From Callorhinchus milii (taxonomy: Eukaryota): a stretch of 64,000 nt of DNA. The notes beneath the pieces are model-generated. The model was not told the origin of the DNA and made no database searches. It worked only from the letters and a program-made list of their open reading frames with translations. This document shows positions 39,234 to 52,628 of the stretch, one piece after another. The position numbers and the translations under genes are program-made. How positions within the stretch are numbered: the first letter of the stretch is position 1; every line of letters starts with the position of its first letter. The DNA lies in contig NW_024704743.1 of NCBI RefSeq assembly GCF_018977255.1, positions 36,706,001 to 36,770,000 of the forward strand, given 5' to 3'.

Positions 39234-42200
39234 CTAATCACCACTTATTCTCTACTGCTCTAGCTGACGCTGTCAATCTTCTCTGCTCTTTTCCCTCCAA
39301 TTCCACGCATCATTCAAATACATGCCCCGTGTCTGCTATTTCCCACCTCAGCTTCTAGTCTGCCTCACTTGTATAGCGAACAAAAGACTGCTGGCAACTG
39401 TGCTGGGTGTTAATGATCGTGCTGGTACTGTTAACATAAACACTGAATCATGAGTGGTTTATAATGATCATCTGAACCCCATATTAAATTGCCATCTTAA
39501 AAAAATCATTTCAGTCGCCTGTTTTTATAATATACGCCATTAATTTTATGGGATAGTTTTATTCAATCCTGCAATCATTTTTATACCAAAATTGGTGCAG
39601 TGTGAATGCTATTTTCCAGCACACACCATGACTTTGATACATGATGAAGTTCTTCTGATGGATGAACAATTGTGACAGCATTTCTGCCAGTTTGTGGAGG
39701 AACAATTTATGGTGCGTAACAGAAAATTTTGTGGCCAGAATAAATTAAGAGTTTAAAACTTTTCACATTTGATCTAATCCTTCCAGAACTCTATAATCCT
39801 GCCATTACATTTTAAAGCTATTTCTTCAACCACCTATTCTTGCTATTGATTACCCTTTGTGTAAGGCAATCATTCCTGGTCTCTGTCTTAAAATTTCCCT
39901 TCACAACCCTGTATATGTTACCTCTTAACCTGCTGTATTGGCTTATTTTTGTTCTGGATTCTCTTTCTATTTAGTGTCTCATTTAGTATCCCTATTTAGT
40001 ATCCATATAGCAGCAAAAGATTCCCGTTGATGCGTCTTTTCCATTATTTTATTATTCTACTATTTATATTGATTCCTCATAACTCATTCCTCTAAGTGGT
40101 GATCAGTCTTGTTGCTCTCCTCTGAGCTGACTCTGTGATCTGGGCAGTCAGCCTAGTACAGTAGTAGCACTTTTGCCTCTGAATCAGAAGGCTATGGGTT
40201 CGAGTCCCACATTGGAACTTAAGATCACATAGTCTAAGCTGACACTCCAATGCAATGCTGCGGGGTGGGGGTGGTGTTGCATTGTCGCAGGTATTGTCTT
40301 TCGAGTGAGATGTTAAACCAATGACCATCTGCCTGTTCAGTGGACGTTAAAGATCCCTGTTCTAAAAGGGAAGGGAATTTCTCCCAGTGTCCTGGCTAAC
40401 CAATCCCCGAAATAAAAATGGTCACTTACTCTATGGCTGCCTCTGGGACATTGCTGTGCGCAAACTGGTTCTATCCATTCATGGAGTTTATCTGCCTCAT
40501 ATTTTTACTTTGTTTTTGCAATAACTTGCATTAATCTATATTCATCTGTATTGAGCTTGATTTGTCAGTGCTCAGCCCATCTTTTACTTTAATATTCACA
40601 CATTATAATTCTGAATATGTTGTGCCATCCAGATGTGTAATGACACTAAAACCAATTAAACAATTAGGAACACCATCATTTGTTACGTCTTTCATAAAAG
40701 TATTCCTGTTCCAGACACTGAGCTACTGTAAATTCACAGCACATAGCAACTACAGTACTCACTGGAGCACACAGCAAAAGGCAAACAGAAGAGCATTTTG
40801 ATCAATAACAGTGAAGCCTGTGAAAACACAGGGGGCTTGGATTATGTTCCACATTCTTAAAAAAAGATAGCTCTAATACCATCCTCTGTGTTGTCTGCAT
40901 TTAGTGCAAAAGCCCCTGGAGAATGAGAGCGGGTTTCTGTCAGCTGTCTTCCTCATTAGTGTGGGTAATGGAGATGTTGACTGTGTGAATGGTGTTTCTG
41001 TTGCACAGGCTCTTACTTGTGCTTGTCACTGCAGAATTGGACTTTAATGATGTCTTAATGATCTTGACTACAATACAGAGAAAAAATACTTCATCTGTGC
41101 TAATAGTTATCTCTTGTTGTTGGTGGACAGCCATCTGTACAGACCAGTCTCTGGGGAGGTGCTTCTAATAGAAATAGGGTTTGCTTATTGCAGGAAATCA
41201 AATTGGCATAACATATTACAGTAAATGCAAGAGCTATGTGGCAATAACAATGACTAACTATCCTGTGGAGAAAATCGAAGTTAACGTATCAACTGTTTTG
41301 TAACCAAAAGATTGCCATTTTGTTAAAAATATATTTAAAATGTACATTTCATTTAAAATATGATTTATTGTAAAAAGATATTCTTTGATTCCTGATCTAT
41401 GTCTATTTGATCTGATCTTGCCAGAACACCCACCTGACCATCCTCCCATAACAGCATCAGACAGTTTCTTAAATGAGTTCCTGTGTTTGGCTATCACTAC
41501 ACAGTCACTGCACTTGACAGCAATTCCCTGTGAAGTGCTTTGAGATGTTTTGACATCATATGCTCTGTATCAAATGCATCTCACTCTCCCCCACCCCCCA
41601 CTCACTCTCCCTCCTTTACTCACTCACTCCCACCTGCCTAAAAACCTAATTCTTTGACCATGCCTAGAGTCACGTTCCCCACGCTCCCTGCTCAGTATCT
41701 CGCACTGTCTCTGTGAAGTGCTGTTAGATTACTCTGTGTGAAGGGATCTATATAATGCAAGTTGTTGTTTCAGTTGGTGATCACTGCCTCAAGTGAAACT
41801 GAGCAGTTCATATTCCTGATCTGTGCTAAGCTATCTGATCTCAGCTGGGCTGAATTAAAATTGTGCATCAGTCTGGTTCAGTTGGTAGCACTCTCGCCCC
41901 TAAATCTGATGGTTGTGTGTTTAATCCCCACATCACGACTTGGAAATCATATAGTCTAAGATGACACTTGTATGCAGGGCTGGGGGTATGCTGCATTGTT
42001 AGCTGTGCCAACCTTCAGATGAGACTTTAAACTGATGCCCCACCTCCATGGTACTATTCGAAAACAGAAGGAAGTTTCTTCCGATGTCTTGGCCAATAAT
42101 CCCCCCAAATAAAATTGGACACTCACTTCATGGATGTTTGTGGTACATTGTTGTATGTAAAAGTGGCTGCTGTGTTTGCCCACAAAATCCCTACAGATTC

Positions 42201-42747
42201 ACTACATCACTACACTTTACAGAAAGTCCTGCATTAAGACATCCTCCCTATGTGGAGCCCTGTATACTAAATGTAAGGATTATTATTACTGTAACACAAT
42301 TAGCCTTAGAGAGAACTTGTGCAGCTAAAAAAAAAGCAGCTAGAATTCATTCTCCTATTTGATAAACAGTGCCCCCTCTCTCCCTTAATGGAAATGGAAA
42401 CGAGAGGACAGGACTGTTATTGGCTGTGATGCTCAATGGTCAGCTGCAGATATTTGGTGTCTCGAGTCGCTTGCAAAGTTGGACCATTTAGGTCAGGTAT
42501 AAACGGGCTCCCTAAATCTATTGAATGGGGTCAGATGAATGGGAGGATATTATGGACATGGCCAGGGCTTTTCAAACGGACCCAGAAAGAAAAAAAATTG
42601 ACAACCTGGCAGTTGAGATGCTGAAAATGTCGTTAAAACCTACACTGCTTTAAGTAGTTATAGTCTGTTGAAGTTAATAACCAATCCAAGTCATGAAAGT
42701 AGCATGTCTAAAACATAGTGCAGTGAGAATGACGCTAGTCCCAGTGA

Positions 42748-42928
42748 GAGTCAGGGTGAGGCTGGGTCAGGGTGAGGGTGGGTCAGGGTGAAGGTGGGTC
42801 AGGTTGAGAGTGGGTCAGGTTGAGAGTGGGTCAGGGTGAGGGTGGGTCAGGTTGAGGGTGGGTCAGGTTGAGGGTGGGTCAAGTTGAGGATGGGTCAGGG
42901 TGAGGCTGGGTCAGGGTGAGGCTGGGTC
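42748..42928. repeat. 16-bp G-rich minisatellite, about 11 copies (GGGTCAGGKTGAGGST)
   Basis: Tandem units read directly from the sequence. Confidence 0.92.
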
Positions 42929-43492
42929 GTGGTGTTTTTTTTTTGACTTCTTGAAAACACACACCCGTAGGCATTTATAGAGCAGACTGCCCACACAAAC
43001 ACGGAAGCTTGTGAAGCATCTGATACGTCTTTAGCACCTAAAAGGGCAGGTGTTGCACTGGAGTCGGGGTCAGAAAGCTAATTAAAGTGCGTGGTGATAC
43101 CTGATAGCTAGCTCATTTATACTACCTGAGTTAGCATAGAGAGCTGCAGGAATGTGATACATGGTCCTCGTTCTTCCTGACTGGCCAGTTTATTCTGCCA
43201 TTTAGTACTGGGAGGCACGCCGTTTTTCAGTGATGACACTACATTCCCGCATGCCTTCTGTTCCTAAATGGCAGCTGATTTGGAATCTACGGTTTAGTTT
43301 TTTTTGGGAGCAAGTGACTCAGGAGGTATGGCTTGAAGCCACCGGTTTAGATGGTCACCGCTGGCTCTGGTTGATGGATTAATAATGCAAACCTGCTGAC
43401 AACTACAGCAACGCAGCAAACGCACAACATAAATGTGATATAGGTTCCTGAATCATATTCAGGAGCTTCCATTGTGCATCCAAACACCATTG

Positions 43493-43850
43493 TGCAGTCC
43501 TGTATCTTAATGGTTAGAGCACTCGTCTTGCTAGCGAGAGGACTGGGTTCAATTCCCGGGCAGGACGAAGTGTTTCCGTACTCCACACACCTCTGTTTAC
43601 CTAGCAGTAAGTAGGAACCCAGTTGTTAGTCGATTGGCAAGTTGCTTTTCTGGGAGTAATAATTGCTTAAAAAAAATGTTGTTCTAATAATAATTTGGTC
43701 ACTCAATCCATGACTGTTTGTGGGACACTGTTGTGCATAATTGGCTGCCGCATTTCGTCCACAAAATGTACAGTCAATTCATTTTATAGTATATTCTGTG
43801 AAGCGCTTTGAGACGTCTCGAAGACATGTGCAATGATTATTATTTTTGTT
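43493..43850 (+). mobile_element. Young SINE, long subtype
   Basis: Head, ctctgtttacctagcagtaagtaggaacccagttgttag segment, body and tail. Confidence 0.85.
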
Positions 43851-44169
43851 ATCAATGAACTGTGTTAGAATCCCCAGATTTTCACTTTGAACAATTATTA
43901 GGGCTCATGTACCATTTGTAATGAACAGTTGAATGAGAAAACTATGTTACAATGAGTGCCTTGATGTCAGAGGTACAGAACTCCAGGAAAGTTTGATATG
44001 AAGTTGTGCAGATTATTATGTTATGAAGACAGAAATCATTAGCGGGTGCTCTTGGAGACACGTACAATAAATGTTACCTTCTGCTTTGAGCTACTATTTT
44101 GACTATATTATCACATCAGCAAATACTATGGAAATTGCTTGTTATAGAAAGATTTGCCATAGTAAAAAA

Positions 44170-44258
44170 GAAAGAAAATTGCAGGAAATACATAGAGGGT
44201 CAATCAGCATCTGAAACAGAAAATTGGGCGAATATTTCAGGTGTAATCCTTAATCAGA
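44170..44258 (-). mobile_element. Highly diverged pLTR/hammerhead remnant
   Basis: Minus strand CTGATTA-AGG-attaca-CCT-GAAA-tatt followed by ...cagatgctgattgacc...atttcctgc. Confidence 0.45.
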
Positions 44259-44837
44259 TTTACCAACATTAACTTGTAATTTTTCTTTCTATCTCTACTG
44301 TTTGAATTTTTTTTATTGGTGAGCGAGGTTAGGCCTGCTCATCCCCATTAATCGAATTAGACTGAATGCGTTCCATTAGGGAATGAGGGCTGTCCCCGCC
44401 AAGCCGCAAAAACTCTTCTAGGCTCCAAATTATCAAAGGACAATGCGGACCTGAACCAGAATCTTCAAGACCACCCGAGCCAGTCAAGTGACCGGATCAC
44501 CAGCAAGCCCGGCCTGAGCCCAATGACTTAAGTGCTCAAGTGAGCTCTGATTTCCTGGATCTCCGCTTCGTCTCTGTCGGAGCAGATCAAACCCCTCAGA
44601 TGGGAAGTACTGCAATACTGATCCCAACCAACAGAGGGTTGAAAGCTTAGTTGTGGCCAGGAGCTCAATTCTTCCCATAATCCTCTTATTTTTTGGTGAG
44701 ATTTGTTGTGCTGGCCTCTCACAAACAAACGTCAACATGAGAACTTCTCTAGCGTTGCTAGCTCAAGGAGTAACTGATCAGAACAGAGATTACAGTTGAG
44801 CTTAGCCAAAAGCTGAGCAGCTAATTGAATTATTGCC

Positions 44838-45810
44838 TTTTTTTTGAAAATATATATTTATTTATTTATAAATATAATATTTGATCGAACGGAAATCCAA
44901 AACAAACACAACGTCTTCTGTTACAATTTTTTTCTCTTTTCTCCCGATACAAAAAACATTCCGTTGTTTACGGTACATTTCTTCGCCACACACAGGTTGC
45001 GCACACGTTTTTTGGGACACTCCCTTTAAAACAGTCGGGAATCACCCCTATGTGCACCGCATGCATCCATGTGTGCGCCCACACACACCCTGATAAGGCG
45101 CACAATGTGCACCGTACACACACATGTTTACTGTACATACATTTACAGGATGCTTTTGGTTACATCTCGAGCGTCCTGTACCCTTACGTTTATTTCAGTC
45201 AATTTTGGGTGCTCTCGTGGGCTACCCAGTGGGTGCACCCTGAGTGGGTTGTGTTTGGAGCGCCTCCTGCCGGGGTCAGGCCCCATCTGGCCTTTGCCGG
45301 GGTTGAGCCAAACTTCAGCTTATCTCTCAGTATATAGTCCTTGATCCTAGCGTGCGCAAGCCTAAGGCAGGCCCCTCACCGTTCCCTCGTTCTGCCAGAA
45401 GAACACCTGGTTTCGGGAGTACCAAAGGGCCTCCTTTACCGCGTTTATGATCCTCCAGGCACACTCTATGTGGGTTTCGCTGTAAGTGCCCGGGAATAGT
45501 CCGTACAGCACCGAGTGTCATGATAGCAGGTCCCCAGGGACAAACCTTGAGAGAATCCATTCCATCTTTTTCCAAACCACCTTTGCGAAACAACACTCCA
45601 GGAAGAGATGGTCCACAGTCTCCTGGCCTCTGCAGCCGGCCCGAGGGCAGTGTACTGACTGGCCCATATCTTGACCGTGCATGAAACCCTGAGGGGAGGC
45701 CCGTTTTATCACCATTCAGGTGGTCAGGGCCAGTGACGAGGTGTTCTGCCGGACATAGCTGGCCATCACCACAGAGTACCTCCCGATCGGGTCTGCCCTC
45801 TCCCCCTTCT
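44838..45810 (-). mobile_element. 5'-truncated Tx1/L1-clade LINE (zf-RVT, 3' UTR, poly-A)
   Basis: HCPRAGCRGQETVDHLFLECCFAKVVWKKMEWILSRF, then SVLYGLFPGT...WRIINAVKEALWYSRN...IKDYILRDKLKFG; aataaa and A-tail at the left end. Confidence 0.85.
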
Positions 45811-46964
45811 AAACTGTTACAACTACCTGTCGCGCGTGATTTTTACTTGTCTTTTCTTCCTTCTCACTAACCTTGACCTATTTCCCATCTTGTTTATGAC
45901 AGTGAAAATCCAAACTCTATTTTCACAGTCACATTTATCTTGTTTACGCTTGCCTTCAACTCTGACTCGTTCTTCATGGATTCCAGCACAAATTTCAGCC
46001 TTCCTCAATCAGGTCTGCTCCTGATAACTCCTACGATATTCTTACACACTTCTCTCTTCACCTCATGCAGTCCACCCACTCTACCATGTGTCATCACATC
46101 AATTCTGATGAAATGTCAAACACAACACAACTTTCTTCAACAAACCAATTCCACAATCTGCTGCACATTTCCATCAGCTATAATTTTTATTTTAGTTTTG
46201 TAGCATGGGCAAGCTTTGTTTTCTAACTTTGCCCCTGTAGTTTACTGAAATAAGGTTCTATTGTATTTTTTAAAAACTGTAAGCAAGTAAAGAAAGTGGA
46301 CTTGTATATGATAACAAATACATTGTTAGTCATAATTGATTTGGCAGTGTTTAATGTACGTGGCAAGAAAAGTAATCAAAAGTGAGCATTGCTTACCCAG
46401 GCATTTCGTGTTGAGCTAAAATAAATGTTGTGAAACAGGTATTTACTTTGCAGTGTGTGGGAGTACTTTAAGCTTGGACCATGACACATTTCCTGGTAAA
46501 TGTTGTTGCCAAATCAGTCCCTGGAATTCACATGGAAAAGTAATGAATGAAAAATATAGAAAATGGTGTGGATCGTGTATATTTATCATCATGTGCTGAC
46601 TCAAGGACAGAGATGATTGGTTTGTGATTTCTTTTATCGGGATAAATAAGAGTTAATAAAGGCAGTGTATGATGGTTAAGATTGTCAAAAATTGGTCATT
46701 CACTTCATGGCTATAGTGTGAGCTTACCATTCAATTCCAAGTCGACTCCTGAACCTTTTTTCTTAGTATGTTTTTAATATGATACAGAATGTTTTTTAGG
46801 ACTGTTTGAAGCATGTTTGGATTTACATAATGTAAATAAACAAATTGCCTTGTAACATGTACATTACTTAACAAACTTCTTTGCAAAACATAAACAAGCT
46901 TACTCATCACATCCTTTCACTTCCATTCCTTCTTTTCACATTGCTTCAAGCCCTGTTAAGTCAT

Positions 46965-47288
46965 AGGGCGGGGCGAAACATTGGGCAAGTTTCCTTACTT
47001 CACACGCCTCTGTTTACCTAGCAGTAAGTAAGAACCCGGTTGTTAGTTAATTGGCGCATTGCTTTCTGGGGGTAATAATCCCTTTTAAAAATAAATAAAT
47101 AACAATTTCAAAAATAATAATTTGGTTACTTAATCCACGACTGTTTGTGGGAATTGTTGTGCGCAATTGATTGCCACGTTTCGCCCGCAAAACAATTCAC
47201 TTTACATTATATCCTGTGAAACGTTTGAGACATCTAGAAGATGTGATAAGGCGCTATATCAAATGCAAAGATTAATATTACTATTATA
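46965..47288 (+). mobile_element. Young SINE, long subtype, head truncated
   Basis: gggcgaaacattgggcaagtttccttac through the tail. Confidence 0.85.
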
Positions 47289-47984
47289 AGTCAATGTAGG
47301 TTTTACAAAAGGAAATGATCTGCTGATTCCCTCTCAGGGAGAAACAATACAATACAATTTCCATTTATATAGCACCTTTCACATTAGGAAGATGTCTCAA
47401 AGCATTTAACAATGCTGTATGGGCACATATGTATGAAACAAATATAACACTTGCACTTTAGGGCAGACTACTTGTTTTGATTAATGTCTGTTCACGTCAC
47501 TTCACTAGTTACATTTGCTGTCAGAAAATGTTGCAGGTTAAATAGTGTAAACAGAGATTCAACAACAACAAAATTACATTTGTATAGCAGAAGTAATCTT
47601 TTAATTTTTTTGTCATTTGTCACGTGTTGGTCCCTGCAGAGAGAAAATTTATTTGATTATAACTCTATTCTTGCTTTTGCCAGCAATCGATCAATACACA
47701 GATACATACTTCAGATTTTTTCGTCTACTCCCTCACTGTGTACAAGCAAAATTGTCCATGATAAAATTCTATATGACACACTTCATTCTAGAGATAACAG
47801 CATATTTTTAATTTGATACTCTCCAAATATCATGATTGAATCATGGAAATTACAGCACAGAAGGAGGCCATTCAGTCCATTGAGTACATGCTGATGTTAG
47901 CTTCTCCACTGGAGCTAACTATGCTCATCTGAATTCCCTGCTCTTTCTCTGCACAATTTTGCATTGTGCCTCTTCAAATATTTA

Positions 47985-48592
47985 TCCTGGTCAGAGTCAC
48001 TATGACATTCTGAACATCTGTGATCAGGACTCCTTCTGCCTCCTTGTCCTCCTTGACCTCTCTGCCGCCTTCAACACTATCGACCACTCCATCCTCATAC
48101 TATGAAAATGCCCTGCTTGTCGGCCTTCCCAACTCCTCCCTCCACATGCTGCAGATAATCCAAAACTCTGCAGCCCATGTCCTCTCTCGCACCAAACTCC
48201 GTGACCCCATCTCCCCCTTTCTCGCCCCACCCTACCTCTGCAACCTCCTAACCCCTTACCAACCCGCTGGTTCCCTCCGCTCAACCAGCTCCGGCCTGCT
48301 CCATGTCCCCCGACCCACCGCCCCACCATTGGCGGGAGAGCCTTCAGCTACTCTGCTCCCAACCTCTGGAATTCCATCCCCCATTCACTCCGCCTCACCC
48401 CCTCCTTAGCCTCCTTCAAGTTCCGCCTCAAAACCCTCCTCTTTGATCATGCAATCGGCCACCCCCCTTCCCCTCCCCTCCTTTCTCACCCCCTGACCCC
48501 AGCTCGGGTCTGAAAAGCTGTACACTGTCCAGCGGCTTGGGACATCCTCCCGACATGAAAGGCGCTATACAAATGTAATCTTGTTGTTGTTG
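47985..48592 (+). mobile_element. Internally deleted L2
   Basis: RT N-terminal LLVLLDLSAAFNTIDHSIL joined directly to YENALLVGLPNSSLHMLQIIQNSAA and the 3' tail. Confidence 0.82.
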
Positions 48593-51407
48593 TATTCAGT
48601 TCTCTTTTATGTGTTGTGGTCTGAGTATCAATAGGCATTTGTGGCAAAGCATTCTATGTACCAATAACCGTTTCTGTGAAAACATCTCCTCTATCCTCCC
48701 CGTTAACTCATCCATTGACAATCCTGACCTTTCATTATCTTTCATTATTTATCTTCTCAAAACCTTTCAGAATTTTGATGATCTCTATTAGATCCTAACT
48801 TAACTTTCTTTATTTCAATAAACTAGCCCAATTTTTCAAACCTATCCTCATGCGCCTTGGAACGTCCTCCCAGGCACTATATCAATGTAAATTGTATTAT
48901 AATTGTATAACTACAACCCTCCATGCCTGTTATTCTCTGTGGACCTATGCTGCAGGGCTCTGTGACTCTGATATTGGTACACCCAGAATTGCACTCAACA
49001 CTCCCAACTAAGTCCTAATATAGGAAACTCACCAGAACTGCCTTGTTTAGCTACTTTAGCAACATATGATTTCCATAGGTCTCTCTTCCTGCGTCACACA
49101 TAACCCTGTCCTTGAATTACGTCCTTCATTTGTGCTCCTGGCAGAGTTCATTACATCAGCTTCTTTCAAACGTTCACATAGTGCTTCACCATAAAAAACA
49201 TAAATACAACCATTGCTGAATGCAGAAAAAGTTTGTGACTAGTTTGGAGTGTATATATCTGTGCTGGAGGTTGTAGTCTTTGGTGAAATTCCCGCTGCAA
49301 TTTCTCGACTACTAATTCGCACAAATTTCCATTGTATCCCTCCAGGAAAGGATGTTACTTGAAATAGCAAAATGTTAAATTTAACAGCCTCTAGTCTCTA
49401 AGAAATTGCTGCTGAATTCTTATATACATCCACTCTCACAATTTGCCTATCTTCCAACTTATTATCATTCTGATTAAGTCAATTTTGTTTGTCTTGTTCT
49501 CATGAGATATATATATCCTATGGAGTGTTGCTGGTTTGGGTTTATTCCACATGTTCTCATATATCTTGTTGAAATATTTATTGGGGAGCTCGCTCCGATA
49601 TTGTTATAATACCTTCCAGGAGTTTTAAAATTCACAGAACCTCCTTAGAAAGCCTTCTTAGTTTCCGAGAGGCATGATTGATGCCAGGGCAGCATTGATC
49701 ATGTATGCCTGGAGATACAAAAGCTTTGTAGAAGGCTCTGCAATCTCTGTACTGCATCGGTGTGGAGTGCTGACAGGAGCACTACCCATGCCAATCACCC
49801 AGTCGAAGCTGAGACATGATTGTTTTTCAAACCTGTGAGTTGATTGTATTGGTAGAAGGTTTGTTAGTACCATTTGGTGCACAAAGCACTCATTAGCCGC
49901 CCCATACAGGCATGTGTTTTTTTTATATATCAATATTTTCTGCGTACTTAGTGTGATAATTACTAATGAAATCTGATCCCAAATCAAAACTGACATATTT
50001 GGAATTTATTCTCAGTAAATGTACATCCACACGCACAATAGGAACTGGATTGACTCTCAGGGTTTGCTTAGAGGAACAAGATCTCAGTTTTAGAATTGCA
50101 TTGCAACAAACCACAAGAATGCAGATGTGAGGTGTGCTTTCAGAGGCAGTTTGGTGATATTACGACATAAAATTGAAGGCCCATGTTTTCTTAAGAGAAG
50201 CTGTGTGTACATCAGAGGTAGCTCTGGTGTGCCCTGCAATGCTACAACTTGCCTTTCCTGAGAAATTAATCTGATATAGACATGTTTTTTATGTTCAAAT
50301 CATAACCTTGTATCACTTATTGAAATTGGTGGTGTTTGATGAATAGTACAAATAATTTAAAGATGTTATTTTTGTATTCTGCAACATTTCAGGGTTTTCC
50401 TATATTGAAGTGTTTTACCTTCTCAAAAAACTGTTTTCATTCACATATCAATACGTGCTTCTGTATGTTTGTACAGACACTATATTATAGTAAGAGCAAT
50501 GTTAGAATAAGGGTATTTTAGTGGATTTCTCTGTTAGAGAGGGAGCCAGAACAAATGCATTTTTTTCTTCCCAGTCTAATGATGGACTTGTACATTTTCC
50601 TTAACCAATGCCAGATTCCAATGAGAACAAAGGAATGGAGACTGCACTGCAGCTATTTATAATACACTCTGTTATTACAGTAACTATACATGTTATTTGA
50701 TTATTGGCTGGTGTACAGTCTTTAAATAGTTAATCATTTGTCAAACAATCTATTTCAGCCAGTAAAACAGACACTGGCTCAGTAACACTAGTAATATGCT
50801 GCTATGATTGAACCCACAACATAATAAGTCTGGCAATATTGAAAGGCAACCAAAATATGTTTTTCATAAAGGACATGTGTTTCTACTAAGATTATAAATA
50901 TTCAATGAATTTTTTTTAAAAACAAAATCAAACACACATGGCTGTAATAGTAAGTGTTAAAGGAGGCCATTATACTATGAGCAGTAGAGAGAGATTCTAC
51001 TTTAACAGTGCAGCCCAGACTTGTTAAGTACTATTCAATAGAAGAGACGATCACTGATTTTTCATTTAAACAAATGACCTGTTTTGATGGACATCTCCGG
51101 TAAATAAACACAGTTTCACACATTTAAGTGGCTATATAATTGGTGTCCCTCTTGATGGTTATAAATCTCACTTTAAAAATGACTCCATTACTGTCATTTC
51201 TATAAGGTTTCAGAATCAAACTACTGTATGTCATTGACGTTTAATTTTCAACAAGAAAATGGGAGTGGGAGAGGGGGGGGGAGTTGAGCAAAGTGCCAGA
51301 GATATCTTACCCTTAACTAGCTTTGTAAGTCTTTCTACCAAATGACATAAATAGGTCACATTCGCATGCTGTTATGTAACCACATTTTATAGTTTTAATT
51401 TGTAATG

Positions 51408-51637
51408 TATTTAAGGGAAAGCTAGATGAGGGAGAAAGAAATAGAAGGTTATGCTTGAAGGCCTAGTTGAGAAAGGGCAGGAGGAGACTCATGTGGAGCA
51501 TAAACACCGGCATAGCCCAGTTGGGCCGAATGGCCTGTTTCTGTGCTGTATATTCTAATGTATTCTAATGTATGCCATGATCTAATATAATGATGGAACA
51601 AGCTTGAGGGGCTGACTGGTTTATTCCTGTTCCTATG
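51408..51637 (+). mobile_element. Two CR1-type 3' ends in tandem
   Basis: ttgggccgaatggcctgtttctgtgctgtatattcta and aggggctgactggtttattcctgttcctatg; the first is antisense to catagaattatacagcacagaaggaggccattcggccc at 55921 and to a similar piece at about 47840. Confidence 0.7.
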
Positions 51638-52308
51638 ATAGACCCACTGGTGCATTGCAATGCAGTATGTCATGTTTACACAGCTCTGAACAGCAGTTTA
51701 TGCAGTTTAAATGTACGTAATGAGAGTCTAGCACATTTGTGTTTTCTTTATCTAATTTTACAGGAGGAGATGCGATATGTGAAACATTTATGGATTTTTT
51801 AAAAAAATGAATTGGGGAAATAAAGACCAAAAGTGGCAGCTGAGATTGATGTTAAGAACAAATAAAATGAGTTCAGTCAAACAATTTTAAAATATGGTTG
51901 AAGATACAAGCTGGTGCTGCGGTTGATTGCACACTCCTTTCACCTTTGGGAACCTGTGTTTTAAATCCAGGCCCAAATAATGAGATGACATTCAGTTCAA
52001 TACAAAATTTCAGTTTTTATGCTTAATAGTAAAACTACAAAACTACTGTACTTAGAAATGTCAAAATATTAATGAGGGGACAATGATCATTTAAAACGAA
52101 AGGCTTAAGAAGAGACATACTTGCAAAAGGGTAGTAATTTGATAAACTTATAGATGATAAAAATACTATCTTACTATTTATAAATGACATTCATATTTTA
52201 ATTTATGATTTCTCGCTGGCTGAACTATGTAGAGCACAACTTGGTTTTCTGCTTGCCTCTGACCTGAGTTTGAAACCCCACAACTGGTCCATCACCAGGT
52301 CCATCCAT

Positions 52309-52628
52309 TGGAGTCCCGTAGCTCAGTGGTTAGAGCACTCGCCTCACAAGCAAGAGACCTGGGTTCGATTCCCGGCAGACCGAAACCTTGGGTAAGTTTC
52401 CTTACTCCACACACCTGATAATAATCCTTCAAAAATAAAAACAATAATAAAAATTGTCCACTTCAATCCATGACTGTTTGTGGGACACTGCTATGCGTAA
52501 TTGGCTGCCGTATTTCGCCCACAACTATACAGTTAATTCACTTTACAGTCTATTCTGTGAAGCGCTTTGAGACGTCTAGAAGACGTGAAAAAGCACTATG
52601 TCAAACGCAAGAATTATTATTATTATTA
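52309..52628 (+). mobile_element. Young tRNA-derived SINE, full length (short subtype)
   Basis: A box TAGCTCAGTGG, B box GGTTCGATTCC, body, (att)n tail. Confidence 0.9.

Noticed and set aside
42748..42928. CRISPR-like array
   Set aside because: Contiguous tandem units without unique spacers, in a vertebrate context
49285..49419. Weak inverted repeat gaaattcccgctgcaatttct / agaaattgctgctgaattc
   Set aside because: Possibly a MITE remnant, but the ends and TSD cannot be defined
51915..51990. LF-SINE-like head (cctttcacctttggg...aatccaggccca)
   Set aside because: Too short and diverged to assign without alignment
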